Shown: in pieces, positions 25,704 through 37,057 of the stretch
Layout: every line of letters starts with the position of its first letter
Position numbering within the stretch: position 1 is the stretch's first letter
Source of the DNA: Chrysomallon squamiferum
Lineage: Eukaryota; Animalia; Mollusca
Assembly (NCBI GenBank): GCA_012295275.1
Contig: CM022672.1
Coordinates: 2,108,001 to 2,172,000, forward strand
Reading direction: 5' to 3'
DNA: 64,000 nucleotides
The notes under the pieces: generated by a model
The model's database searches: none
What the model was told of the DNA's origin: nothing
Seen by the model: the letters and a program-made list of their open reading frames with translations, nothing else
Made by a program: the position numbers and the translations under genes

Positions 25704-27140
25704 GGTTTGAGAATATTTCGGCATAATGATATATCTGTGTGCATTACTCTTTGTATGTAGTTTCATTTATATTTCAACTATCTGGTAAAAACATCTGAAA
25801 TTCTCAAGGGAAGACTATAGGAAATAATGTACAAGTTTTATTTTTAAGTAGAACTTGTAAAATACTCATGCTATGTGAAATGTACTTGCATATAATGATG
25901 CTGCTGTCTGCAACAAATAAAAAATATGTTTGTTTGTGAAGCTTTTCTTATTATGAATTGCCAATCTTGACAATATTTTCATTCAATTTCTTCACAATTT
26001 GTTTATGTTATTCAAAACATAAAGGCTCCAAGACTGAATCAACATATAAATGTTTCGTTTTGAACGTTAGTAAGCTATATTAGAGAAGTATATAAAGATG
26101 GAATGTAATTTTACTTGTAAAATAATATTTACAAGATGTCAGAAATTTCTGGAAACATTCAGAAATAATTTTATTTATGTTAATAATAATATGCACCATT
26201 GCATTCAGAGAAACATATGGTACTTCTTCAGAGTTCTGTGAAAGCCAAAGATAAATATACTCAGCATATTATTATGTGTGTGTGTTGTTTTCTATATTGC
26301 TATATTCATTAGAAACCTTATTATAGCTTCATACATAACTTTTAGAAACTTCATTTATCAGCTGCATAAAAAAAATATTTTTCCTGTATTGTTCCCATAT
26401 ACCTATGACGCCTTATTTTTGTATCCTGTATAGCTTTTAAAAATAAAAATATGTTACCACGTTTTTCCAAACAAACCCTGTTATAGCTTTAGGAAACTTT
26501 ATTTGTCAGATTTTTTTTTAAAAAGAAAACATTTCCCTATTCCACGTTTATTAGATTGCTCAGCAATTTTTTTTCTATATATCTTTTAAAAACATTGTTT
26601 CCCTTTATTTCCATATGTATTAAATCATCTATTATCATTTTTTTTTTTTTTCATCCATATATTTTAGAAATTTTTTATTTCAGTCTGAAGTTATAGTCCT
26701 GTAATATCATGACAGTCACCAGGAACAATTTGATGTTAACATATTGCTAACAAGAACTAACAAAAAAAAAAACCTTCTAACAAATCTCTCTCTCTCTCTT
26801 TATATATATTATTTATTTATTTTTTTGCTTCACTCTGTAAGATGGAAAATAAATACCTTACTGCTTTATCATCCTAAAACTTGACAATGCACATAATGCA
26901 GAAAGTCAGTTTTATTGGCTGCATTTGATTGGATTTTTATAGGAGAAAACAGATTTATTGAACTTGGTTTTATTGAGTAATGTAATGAATCCAATGTGGC
27001 TTTTTTTTGTTGTTCAGAATGAGTTTTATTGTTACTGTGTTCTTTAAGCTTCATGGTCGTGATGCAGTGTCTTTTGTCATCAGCATCTGATATTGGCCTG
27101 ATAGTTTGAGTTCGTGCTTCAGTATTGTCTCGAGGTAATT

Positions 27141-27815
27141 ATTCATTTACTAAACAGCTAACATTCTGAGCTCGTTTCTGAATAGTGATTGTTTACTTAC
27201 TAATCAGTTAACATTCTGATCTCATTTTTGAACAGTGACTTTTCTCTTACTAACCAGTTAACATTTTCAGGTCATTTCTGAATAGTGATTTTTAACTTAC
27301 TAACCAGTTAACATTCTGAGCTCGTTTCTGAATACTGACTTTTCTCTTACTAACTAGTTAACATTCTGACGTCATTTCTAAATACTGTCTTTTCTCTTAC
27401 TAACCAGTTAACATTCTGACGTCATTTCTGAATACTGACTTTTGTCTAACTAACCAGTTAACATTCTGACGTCATTTCTGAATAGTGACTTTTGTCTTAC
27501 TAACCAGTTAACATTCTGACGTCATTTCTGAATACTGACTTTTCTCTTACTAACCAATTAACATTCTGACGTCATTTCTGAATACTGACTTTTGTCTTAC
27601 TAACCAGTTAACATTCTGACGTCATTTCTGAATACTGACTTTTGTCTTACTTACCAGTTAACATTCTGACGTCATTTCTGAATACTGACTTTTGTCTTAC
27701 TTACCAGTTAACATTCTGACATCATTTCTGAATAGTGACTTTTGTCTTACTAACCAGTTAACATTCTGACGTCATTTCTGAATACTGACTTTACACTTAC
27801 TAACCAGTTAACATC
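27141..27815. repeat. 50-bp minisatellite, ~13.5 copies, consensus TAACCAGTTAACATTCTGACGTCATTTCTGAATACTGACTTTTGTCTTAC; decayed copies continue to ~28400
   Basis: Exact 50-bp register without indels from 27151 to 27815. Confidence 0.97.
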
Positions 27816-28458
27816 ATGTTAACAAATTAACTTTCTAGACTCATATTTCAATAGTATACATTCATTTACCAGTAAGTGAACTCATTTTTGAATAGTGATA
27901 TATCAGTTACTAACCAGTTAACATTCCAAACTTATTGTAGAAATAGATATTTACTAACCAGGTAGCTTTCTGGACTTCTGTCTGAGTAATGTCTTTTCTT
28001 TTAAAAATCAGTCAAATTTCTTAATTGGTGTATGAATAATAAATATTAACTTATTAACCTGTTAAAATCCTGGACTCATACATCAACAGTGATGAATCAC
28101 TTATTAACCAGTTAACATTCTACACTCATTTTTTTAACAGTAAACATTAATTCAGTAATAAGTGGACATATTTTTAAATAGTTACTGTTCTCTAACTAAC
28201 CAGTTAACATTCCAAGCTCTTATTTGAATAGTGACTGTTAACTTACTAATCAACTAAATTTCTAGACACATGTCTGAATAGTGATTGTTCATTTACTAAC
28301 CAGTTAGCATTCTTTGACTGTGTTTGAATATTCGCTGTTATTTGACTAACTAATTTACATTCTGGACTCGTGTCTGAATAGTGAATATTCTTTACTAATA
28401 AGAAGTTTTCAGTAGGAGACACTTTTCTTATACCATCTTTATTTGCACATCAGAAGCA

Positions 28459-28686
28459 GTCAGTACAGAGACTTGGTGCTGGAACCTTTCAAATAACTTA
28501 ATCACAGTGGCACCAAGGCTGAGAAAATAACTGAATTCAAAAGAAAGTCCTCTGATTCACACTGCCAAGTCATGTTTATTTATATTCACTAAGGTACAGG
28601 CGTACCAGTATATAAAAAGCAGTCAATCCCGGGAGATGATCCTGCTACCCTTCCAGTATCTTAACCACAGTGCCAGCAAGGCTGGG
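28459..28686 (-). mobile_element. Two SINE family B head fragments, reverse orientation
   Basis: CTTAATCACAGTGGCACCAAGGCTG and CTTAACCACAGTGCCAGCAAGGCTG resemble each other and the reverse of the family-B head. Confidence 0.45.
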
Positions 28687-29552
28687 AGACTGTTGTTTTC
28701 TTGTCAGATGTTAAACGCTAGTATTTTCAAACTGATCTTCCTCTTTGCTTCACTGGAGTACAGTAAGCAACCCAATTATTACATGGCTTTATACATCATT
28801 ATTATTCTATACAGTGATTGATTGTCTTAAAGCTAGACATAAGGCATGTTAATTTTGCTCCAAATACAGATCCTATTTCTTTGTTAAACCTTGAACACAA
28901 AGCTTAGAGGTATAATCCAAAGCAGTCGACTGTAACTATATGTAATTATGAAGAATGATGACTTTCTTTATTTTATTCATAACTCTGTGAAGATCATGGA
29001 GTGCTTACTTGGATTGTTGTAGCCGTTGTCACAATTACTGTTGTTAGATCAACCACTGTTAACATAATATGAAGAAAAACGTGGTCACTGAATTAATCAG
29101 TTTTGTGTTTTAGTTTTTAACAGATTGTCTAAAAAAAAAAAAAAAAAAACAAACAAAAAAACAAGTAACATATTAATTAGACAAGCTGAATATGATGGAT
29201 TTAGTAGAATCCTGTGCAGATTTGTTTCTGCAACAAGTAGCACACATCCAAACACAAAAAACACAAACACACACACACACACACACACAAAGAAAAAGAA
29301 TTTTTTTTCACCTGTGAGCATGCATACATACATACATATATAATGATATATAAGTAATACAATATTTTAAAAGGTTGTCTCAAATGGGTGCCATACATTT
29401 GAAGAGGCATCTGACATTTGTAAGGTGACTGGATTTCATCATCCTGTGCCAATGCATTCCCAAACATTGTGTATGTGCAGAGTCTAATCAGACTGCATAA
29501 GACACAGACTATTCATACCTAAATATACACATACATAAAGATATATAAATAA

Positions 29553-29680
29553 TGTAAGACACAAAACAACCATTCACATTCAAGTACCATCTCATCTCCT
29601 AATGTAAATGAATCAGATTTATTATTATAATTATGTCCAGAACATAGGTGCTTGAACCTTAAGTGAATATAAACATATAT
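29553..29680 (+). mobile_element. SINE family B tail fragment
   Basis: GTCCAGAACATAGGTGCTTGAACCTTAAGTGAATATAAACA matches the recalled family tail. Confidence 0.5.
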
Positions 29681-30638
29681 CACCCTGAACACGGAAACAG
29701 AGATCATGTAGGATTCTGTTTGGTACTGAGTTATTCATCATCATATTCATTATGTCATAAGATTTAGTTTGATGCCATTCCCATCTCCACATAATGAAAA
29801 GATGTACCTAGCTGAGTATCAGTAATCTTGGATAACTGTGAGTAAACTTCTTCAGTCACTGGAGTTATGAATTCATGATTTTGTTTTTCTTCTTAGGTAA
29901 CAAAACTATCCATTGGTAATGAAAAGATTTACAAATGTTTTAACTGTATGACATTTTTCAGTCTTAACTTTGAACATAGTAATCTCTTATTTGATCTGAC
30001 AGCCTAGATATATTCTTACTTGATTGGTTTACATTTTCAAGTATTGATTATACAGGTACAACAAGTCTTAAAAATGAACTACACTGGATTTTATTTTTAT
30101 TTAATAATAGTGAATCCAATAACTTGCATTCTAATCTTGAGGGATGTCCACTTTTCAGACTTAAATGAATTGTTTGGTGATGAGCCAGCTGATGTATTAC
30201 CTTTCCCTTAGTCTCTGACAAGATGTTTGTTCAAGAACTGGTCTTGTGGAAAATAAATGACCACAGCATCAGTGTGGTCTAAGATTTTATTACCACTGGA
30301 AATTGTCTTTTAATTTTTATGGCCAGACTAGTAGAGAAATGTCCATGGTTGACTTCATTATTCTGAGTGACCACAGTAATAAGTGGACAGCTGTAAAAAA
30401 TGGATGGACAACGTGGTAACTCAAGCAGATGATTCTAATAGTTTATCCTTAATATTAGATAACGTAAGTGCCATTTGGTTAGTCATACACAGGTTATATA
30501 TTACAGAGAGTAAGTTATTTGTTATTGCAGTCTATTTCACTGTCTAATGAATTAAAAGTTTGTCGTCTGTTTGCCTGATTAGAGAATGTTTGTTTATGAA
30601 AGTTACATTTCTGGTAACTGTTAATAACAAACTGGCTG

Positions 30639-30640
<2 letters not shown>

Positions 30641-30735
<95 letters not shown>

Positions 30736-30736
30736 T
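30641..30736. repeat. (CT)n-(CA)n microsatellite
   Basis: Direct reading. Confidence 0.95.
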
Positions 30737-31646
30737 TCAAACATGTACAAGAGAAACAAATACAGAAAAATGTATATGACATGGCTGATTAAGAATGTAA
30801 CTAGATAGCATAAGTTATTAAAACATATATAGATTCCTATACATTAGATATGCACATTAGATATGATGAAGAAAAAAAAAAAAAAAAATTATCTTCAATC
30901 ATAAATTTTAAAAAAATCTGAGTTTTTAATAAATCAGAAATATTATCACTTGTTCCAGTCTACCTTCCAATTACTGCACACAGTGTCAGCTGGAACCATG
31001 TTTTGTGTTAACCACCAATATCACAGTCGAGCCAGCATTTTACAAGACTATCTGTCTGTGTAGATATTTATGTTGTACAAGATTTTGCATGCATGCTTAT
31101 TGTTTGTCAAACAGCAGATGACAGCCAGAAGCAGTGTCACTGGAGATAAACATAGCAAAGGTCAAGAAAATATCATGGCTGTCAAAATCTTATTAATTGG
31201 ATGCCAGAGCAATTTACACATGGACCATCCCTTTGACAGCCATTCATGGCTTCATGGCCACTTCCAGTTGCAGGATATAGGTATCTGCAAGTGATGAATG
31301 GTGATCACTTGGAAAACAAAATCTGGGAAATAAGAGGCTTGGATCTGATTGGTATTCTTCAGGCACCGAACTGACCACTGTACGTATAAAATTAATTTCG
31401 TGCTGTGTCCAAAAGTTTTAAAAATTAAAGCTAATTGTAGTACGTTTGTGAACATTTCACCATGCTGCATGTTAGTGGGATGATACTTAATCTGGGTCAG
31501 AGTATAAGATAAGTTCTTCTTGTCAGTGCTAATGTTGGGCTTTTTTTTCCCATTCTACACAGTTCCCCATACAACTAGTTTAGGATAGCTGTGGGTTTTT
31601 TTGATATCAAAAGGTTTGGAATATTAATTAATTAAAAATAATTTTT

Positions 31647-31647
31647 A

Positions 31648-31714
<67 letters not shown>
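31647..31714. repeat. Abutting (ATA)n/(ATT)n tracts forming a perfect 52-bp palindrome (31647-31698)
   Basis: Centre AAT|ATT at 31672/31673, 26-nt arms. Confidence 0.95.
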
Positions 31715-31716
<2 letters not shown>

Positions 31717-31825
31717 AATTTATCTATTTTATTTTACTTTTGTTTTACTTTTTTTGTTTATTCTGCAGTGATTTTCATGAAGTAGAAGAAGTAGTATTTA
31801 AACTATAAAAACTAGAACAGACTAA

Positions 31826-32020
31826 TTGGTTTAATAAAGACTCTGGTATGTACTGTCCTGTCTGTGGGATAATGCATATAAAATATTGTTTACTGCTAAC
31901 TGGATAGAGTAGTCCATGAAGTAACAGTAGTAGGTTTCTTCTCTGGTTAATTGAGTTATCCTTAAGCTGATGGCCAATGCCATATAACTGAATGCATTGT
32001 TAAATAAATCATTTGCTTCT
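31826..32020 (+). mobile_element. SINE family A relic, best-preserved body and tail
   Basis: GGTATGTACTGTCCTGTCTGTGGGATAATGCATATAAAA...CTGCTAA...AGGTTTCTTCTCT...GTTAAATAAATCATTT; motifs shared with 349, 39160, 39322 and, reversed, 52470. Confidence 0.7.
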
Positions 32021-32551
32021 GTTTTTACAAGCTTTATTTACACTGAAATGGTATACACACATAATATATATTGAACTGAGTAACATCTGTATAAAAATTA
32101 ATTATTTTTGAAACATCCACACAATAGTTTTCAAAATCCAATACAAATTCATTTAAGGCTGGTGTGATTTTTTTATTATGTATATATATTTATATATATA
32201 TATATTTTTTTTAACCTAAAAAAATTTGATTGATTTTTAAAATAATTATTTTGAGTATTATATAACATGTCTTTATTGTGTTCAGCAATTCTTTTCTTTT
32301 CTAAACTAAAAATATTTGATTTATTTTAATAACATGGTTTTTGAGAAAGAGGTAGTGATATAGTAATATGGTTTTTGTTCACTGGAGAATATGCTATATT
32401 AAATATCAATATGAGAACAAATGTTATAAAACAATTTACAGCTGAATGATCCATTGTTGTTTTTCCTTTATAAAACTGTTTCATAGTTTTATTCAGTGGC
32501 AAGTTCTAGAATATTAATATTTAATTTAGTTTTTTTGGTGGGCTATACAAA

Positions 32552-32559
32552 TGTGTGTG

Positions 32560-32595
<36 letters not shown>

Positions 32596-32969
32596 TGTTG
32601 TGTGTTTGTTTGTGTGTGTGTTTGTGTGTGTTTGTGTGTGTGTGTTTGTGTGTGCATATGTGTCTGTGTTTGTGTGTGTGTTTGTGTGTATATTTGTGTA
32701 TGTGTTTGTGTATGTGTATATGTGTGTGTTTGAGTGTGTGTTTGTGTCTGTGTGTTTGTGTGTGTGTGTTTGTGTCTGTGTTTATGTATGCGTGTGTGTT
32801 TGTGTGTGTGTTTTGTGTGAGTGTGTGTTTGTGTGTGTGTTTGTGTGTGTATGTGTGTGTGTTTGTGTGTGTATTTGTGTGTGTGTTGGGTGTGTGTGTG
32901 TGTTTTGTGTGTGTGTTTGTGTGTGTGTGTGTTTGTGTTGGTTTATGTATGTGTGTGTTTGTGTGTGTA

Positions 32970-33001
<32 letters not shown>

Positions 33002-33069
33002 TGTGTTTGTATGTGTGTATGTTTTGTGTGTGTTTTGTGTGTGTGTGTGTGTGTATTGTGTGTGTGTGT
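32552..33069. repeat. Long degenerate (TG)n tract with TTTG interruptions
   Basis: Direct reading. Confidence 0.97.
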
Positions 33070-33872
33070 ACCACTGATGCACATCAGTTTAAAACTATAT
33101 TTTATTCTGCAGTCATTGTTATTTAGGATTTTAAAAATTAAAATGATAAAATTGATTTGCATTTGTATCTATAAAACATGTTACTCACTGACCAATTAAG
33201 TAATTATATTTAATCTATATTTTATTTTCTAATGATAACAATGGAAGCCATTAAATTTACTTGTATGATACAGGCATATGTAATTATTATGGGAACGATG
33301 ATAATTACATAAAAAAACAGTGCATTTTTATTTAAGTAATTTTTTGTTCACTGAACTGATTGTACAAGAACTCCCAGAGATTTTTAAATTATTAAAAAAA
33401 AAAAACAAACGTAAAATAAAATGACAAAAGAAATGGTTCTGTTCAGTGAACAGAATCACAAAGGTCTGTGTGCAATTATAGAGAAATCAAACAGATCCAC
33501 AATCACTTTACAAGGTCATATTGAATAACACTGGAAGTAAATAACTGAAAACATTTACCAGGAAAATGAAAAAAAATGGATAAATATTTAACAGTACTTC
33601 AGCACAATTACCATCAATAGTGGTTGTCAATCAGAACTTATCCACACTCATGTCATGGCAGGAAAGCCTTGCTGTGGAATACTCATTTAGAAAATTTTTT
33701 AAGCTGAAAAAGAAATGTTCATACATACCTTCCCATGAACAGAAAATATCTTTTACAACACTGATTAGGTAATTGCACAGAGTGTTCTCTGCAAAGGATT
33801 GATCCTGTGTCTGTTCATATTCAAAGCCAGAACATTGCCACAGAGCCACAAACTGTTCTGTGGTTAGTGAAA

Positions 33873-34010
33873 TTCTTAATCAATGTGTTGTTTATAGTGA
33901 GTTTTGACTGTCGACAAATAAATAACTGTTCAAGATGAGATTACCAAATTTCCATGGAGTCTTAATAAATTACTTGTTTTGTTGTTTTAGTGAATGCTTT
34001 GATTACAGCT
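33873..34010. repeat. Dispersed 138-bp element, copy 1
   Basis: Ungapped alignment to 43202-43339; 45-nt identical core at 33929-33973. Confidence 0.9.
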
Positions 34011-35020
34011 TGCATTCTGTGAATGATGAACTGCAATGCAAGACAAAAATAGTGTGTGAGACTGTGGTATCGAGTTTCAACGAACCTATCTTTTTGTCTT
34101 ACCAGGATCAGAGCCATTTTCTTTCAATTTGTAGGGAAGATGATTTAAAAAGACAAACTCTGTTATAAAAGTCAGAGAGAGAGAGAGAAGGAGTGAGAGA
34201 AGAAACAAAATCATAAATAAATAAGAAATAAAAAAAAAAAATTATTACAAAAGTGATTAATACTTGACAGCATAAAATAATCAATAGTGTCTAACGTCAA
34301 AATAAAATTTGATTTTCAGATTTAAAATTGAGTTTTTTTCCCCTTTATAATTATATTTACTCAGTGAATTTTAATCTATGGCTATACAACATCATGCTAA
34401 AGGTTGAAAACATGCAGAAAATAAAGAATAAAAAATAAAATCTAAATGGTTATTAACTTTTTAAGTTTTTAAAGGGATTTTTTTTTTTTTTATATATATA
34501 TGGGGCTTCTCATAGACAGAAAAGATAAATCAGTTACAAAACAAAAAGAAGAAAAAGGGCTAGATTGTGAAACAGCCCAAAGGATGTGGTGTTTGCACTG
34601 ATCATTTATCATATATCATCTTTATATAAAACATCACAGTATTGACAGACAGCTTTTTATCTAATACAAGAAAAGTGTCAAGGTGCTTATTAATCAAATT
34701 TTAATTTCATTTCAGGAAGAAAATAGCAAAATGAACGTTCCTTTGCAAATCCGTATTTTGCACTGACAATACTGTATTGATGAAACATCAGATAGTGTTA
34801 TTTATTATCCATTTTAATATCCTATTATTGGCTCACCGTGTAATGGATGGCTGTGTAGGTGACTGGATTTTAACAAGTCTTTCTTGGCTAGCCAGAGTCA
34901 TATTTCTGACACTGACCGATTGCTCAGCACAGTTCATTCATTCATCATTTCATATTTGTCATCTTTGACTGATATTCCAAGACTTATCTTTTTCTTGTTC
35001 TAAATTCTTTAATTATGTAG

Positions 35021-35058
35021 CACACACACAGACACACACACATACACACACTCGCACT

Positions 35059-35111
<53 letters not shown>

Positions 35112-35232
35112 TCGCACTCAAAAACACACACACACTACCACACACACAACCACACACACACACACACAAACACACACTCACACTCAAATACAAATACACA
35201 CACACACACACACACACAACACACACACAAAA

Positions 35233-35275
<43 letters not shown>

Positions 35276-35306
35276 CACAAACACACACTCACACTCAAAT
35301 ACAAAT

Positions 35307-35337
<31 letters not shown>

Positions 35338-35451
35338 AAAACACACACACACATACACACACACAAACATACACACATGCACTCAAGCACACACACACAC
35401 ACATACATGCACGCACACATACACTCACACAAACACACACACACACACACT

Positions 35452-35538
<87 letters not shown>

Positions 35539-35613
35539 AAACACATACACACACACACACACAAACACACACTCAAACACACACACACACATACATGCAC
35601 GCACACATACACA
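35021..35613. repeat. Long degenerate (CA)n tract with CAAA interruptions
   Basis: Direct reading. Confidence 0.97.
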
Positions 35614-36174
35614 TTATTACTATTATTATCTCATTTTCAAGTATTGTTTGTCTTTGGTTATAGGCAAAACGGTATGTATATGTAGAAAGTTTGCCTGAGA
35701 CTTGAAGGAAACAGACTTATTCCCACTTTGTGCTTCCCTTAAACTATTTTCCATTCCACCAACACTTAAAAGAGCTTAAGTTTTCTCATCTTAAGGAAAG
35801 TGCATAAAAAATATATTTATATACTGATAAAAAACATGATAAGGCAGAAGCTTGTTTGCTGTTTCATACCATCATCATTGTATGTTTTAAAAAAATCAAA
35901 CTTTTTTTTATTTTTTGGTCACCTAATAATTTAACATTGAAATATAATGAGGTACTGTTTAATTGAACATTTGTTTTTTTTCTTCTTCTCTGTCTTCATA
36001 AAAGATTGTGGTATGTGATGTTCTGTTTACAGAAAAATTCCTGTACAAGAATTCTTGTTGCTATCCAAAGAAAGTTGGCCAGTGGAAGATTTTGTTTCTA
36101 ATACTTCTCATCGTAATACATAAATCAGACTTAATAATTCTTGATGTTAAAATGTATTCAGGTATGACTAAATA

Positions 36175-36400
36175 CATTCATTTTATTCATTTAAATGTTC
36201 ATCCTTCCATTCATTTAAATGTTTATTTATTTTCAATTCATTTCATTCATTCAATTTTGAGCCATTCATTCATTCATTCTTTCATAAACTTATTCATTCA
36301 TTCTTTCATCAACTCATTCGTTCATTCAATAATTCCTTTATTTGTTCGTTCATTGCACCTTTCACTTGTCAGTTTAATTATTCATTCATCCATTTCATAT
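36175..36400. repeat. Degenerate (TTCA)n tract
   Basis: Recurrent TTCATTCATT. Confidence 0.8.
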
Positions 36401-37007
36401 GCAAGCATATTATTTGTATCAATAGTCATCAATTCTTACAAAGAAAAAAAAAAAACCCAGCAACCTTAAAATAAATAAATAAAATAATTGTGACAAAAGC
36501 ACGACCATGTTTAGAATATAAATAATTCTACAAGCCAAATTCTACCATAACGATTATAGTAATATTTGACATGAAACAACAAAGAATATTGTTTTTTCAT
36601 TTTCTTTTCTTTGAACTGAGCTACAAAACAGCTTTTTGCCATTTACCTGTTTTTGTCATCTACAGATTGCCTCAATTCATCGCGCCAGTAACAAGATTAC
36701 TATGTCACAGCTATCAGTTTTGTTCAATCACTTCATGTCCAAAAAAATAGAAAATATTAAAAAAAAATAAAAATAGCAATAATAATCAATCTGTATTTTT
36801 GATATTGTGTTACAGAATTTTTTTTCTTTCCTTTTAATATTCTGCTTTTATTAATATTATATTTTTTTGTTTTTTTTTTTTGGTGTTTATTTGTGCATGT
36901 ATGTATATTCATATATAAATAAATATCAAGCAATTTATTGTTGATAAACATAGTTCCATCACAAAACGATTTTTTTTTAAAATTCTTTTTCATCAAGATT
37001 TTTACTG

Positions 37008-37057
<50 letters not shown>

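Noticed and set aside
27141-27815. CRISPR-like regular array
   Set aside because: Units are contiguous near-identical 50-mers with no unique spacers, no cas genes, and the context is eukaryotic
29880-29902. Recursive-splicing (AG|GT) point TTTTTCTTCTTAG|GTAACA; similar sites near 23730, 41881 and 49265
   Set aside because: AGGTA after T-runs is expected many times by chance in AT-rich DNA; needs sawtooth RNA-seq evidence
32496-33199. Longest ORFs (193-214 aa, CV/HT-rich), and similar ORFs at 34984-35685, 56624-56959 and 61103-61684
   Set aside because: Translations of microsatellites, which lack stop codons
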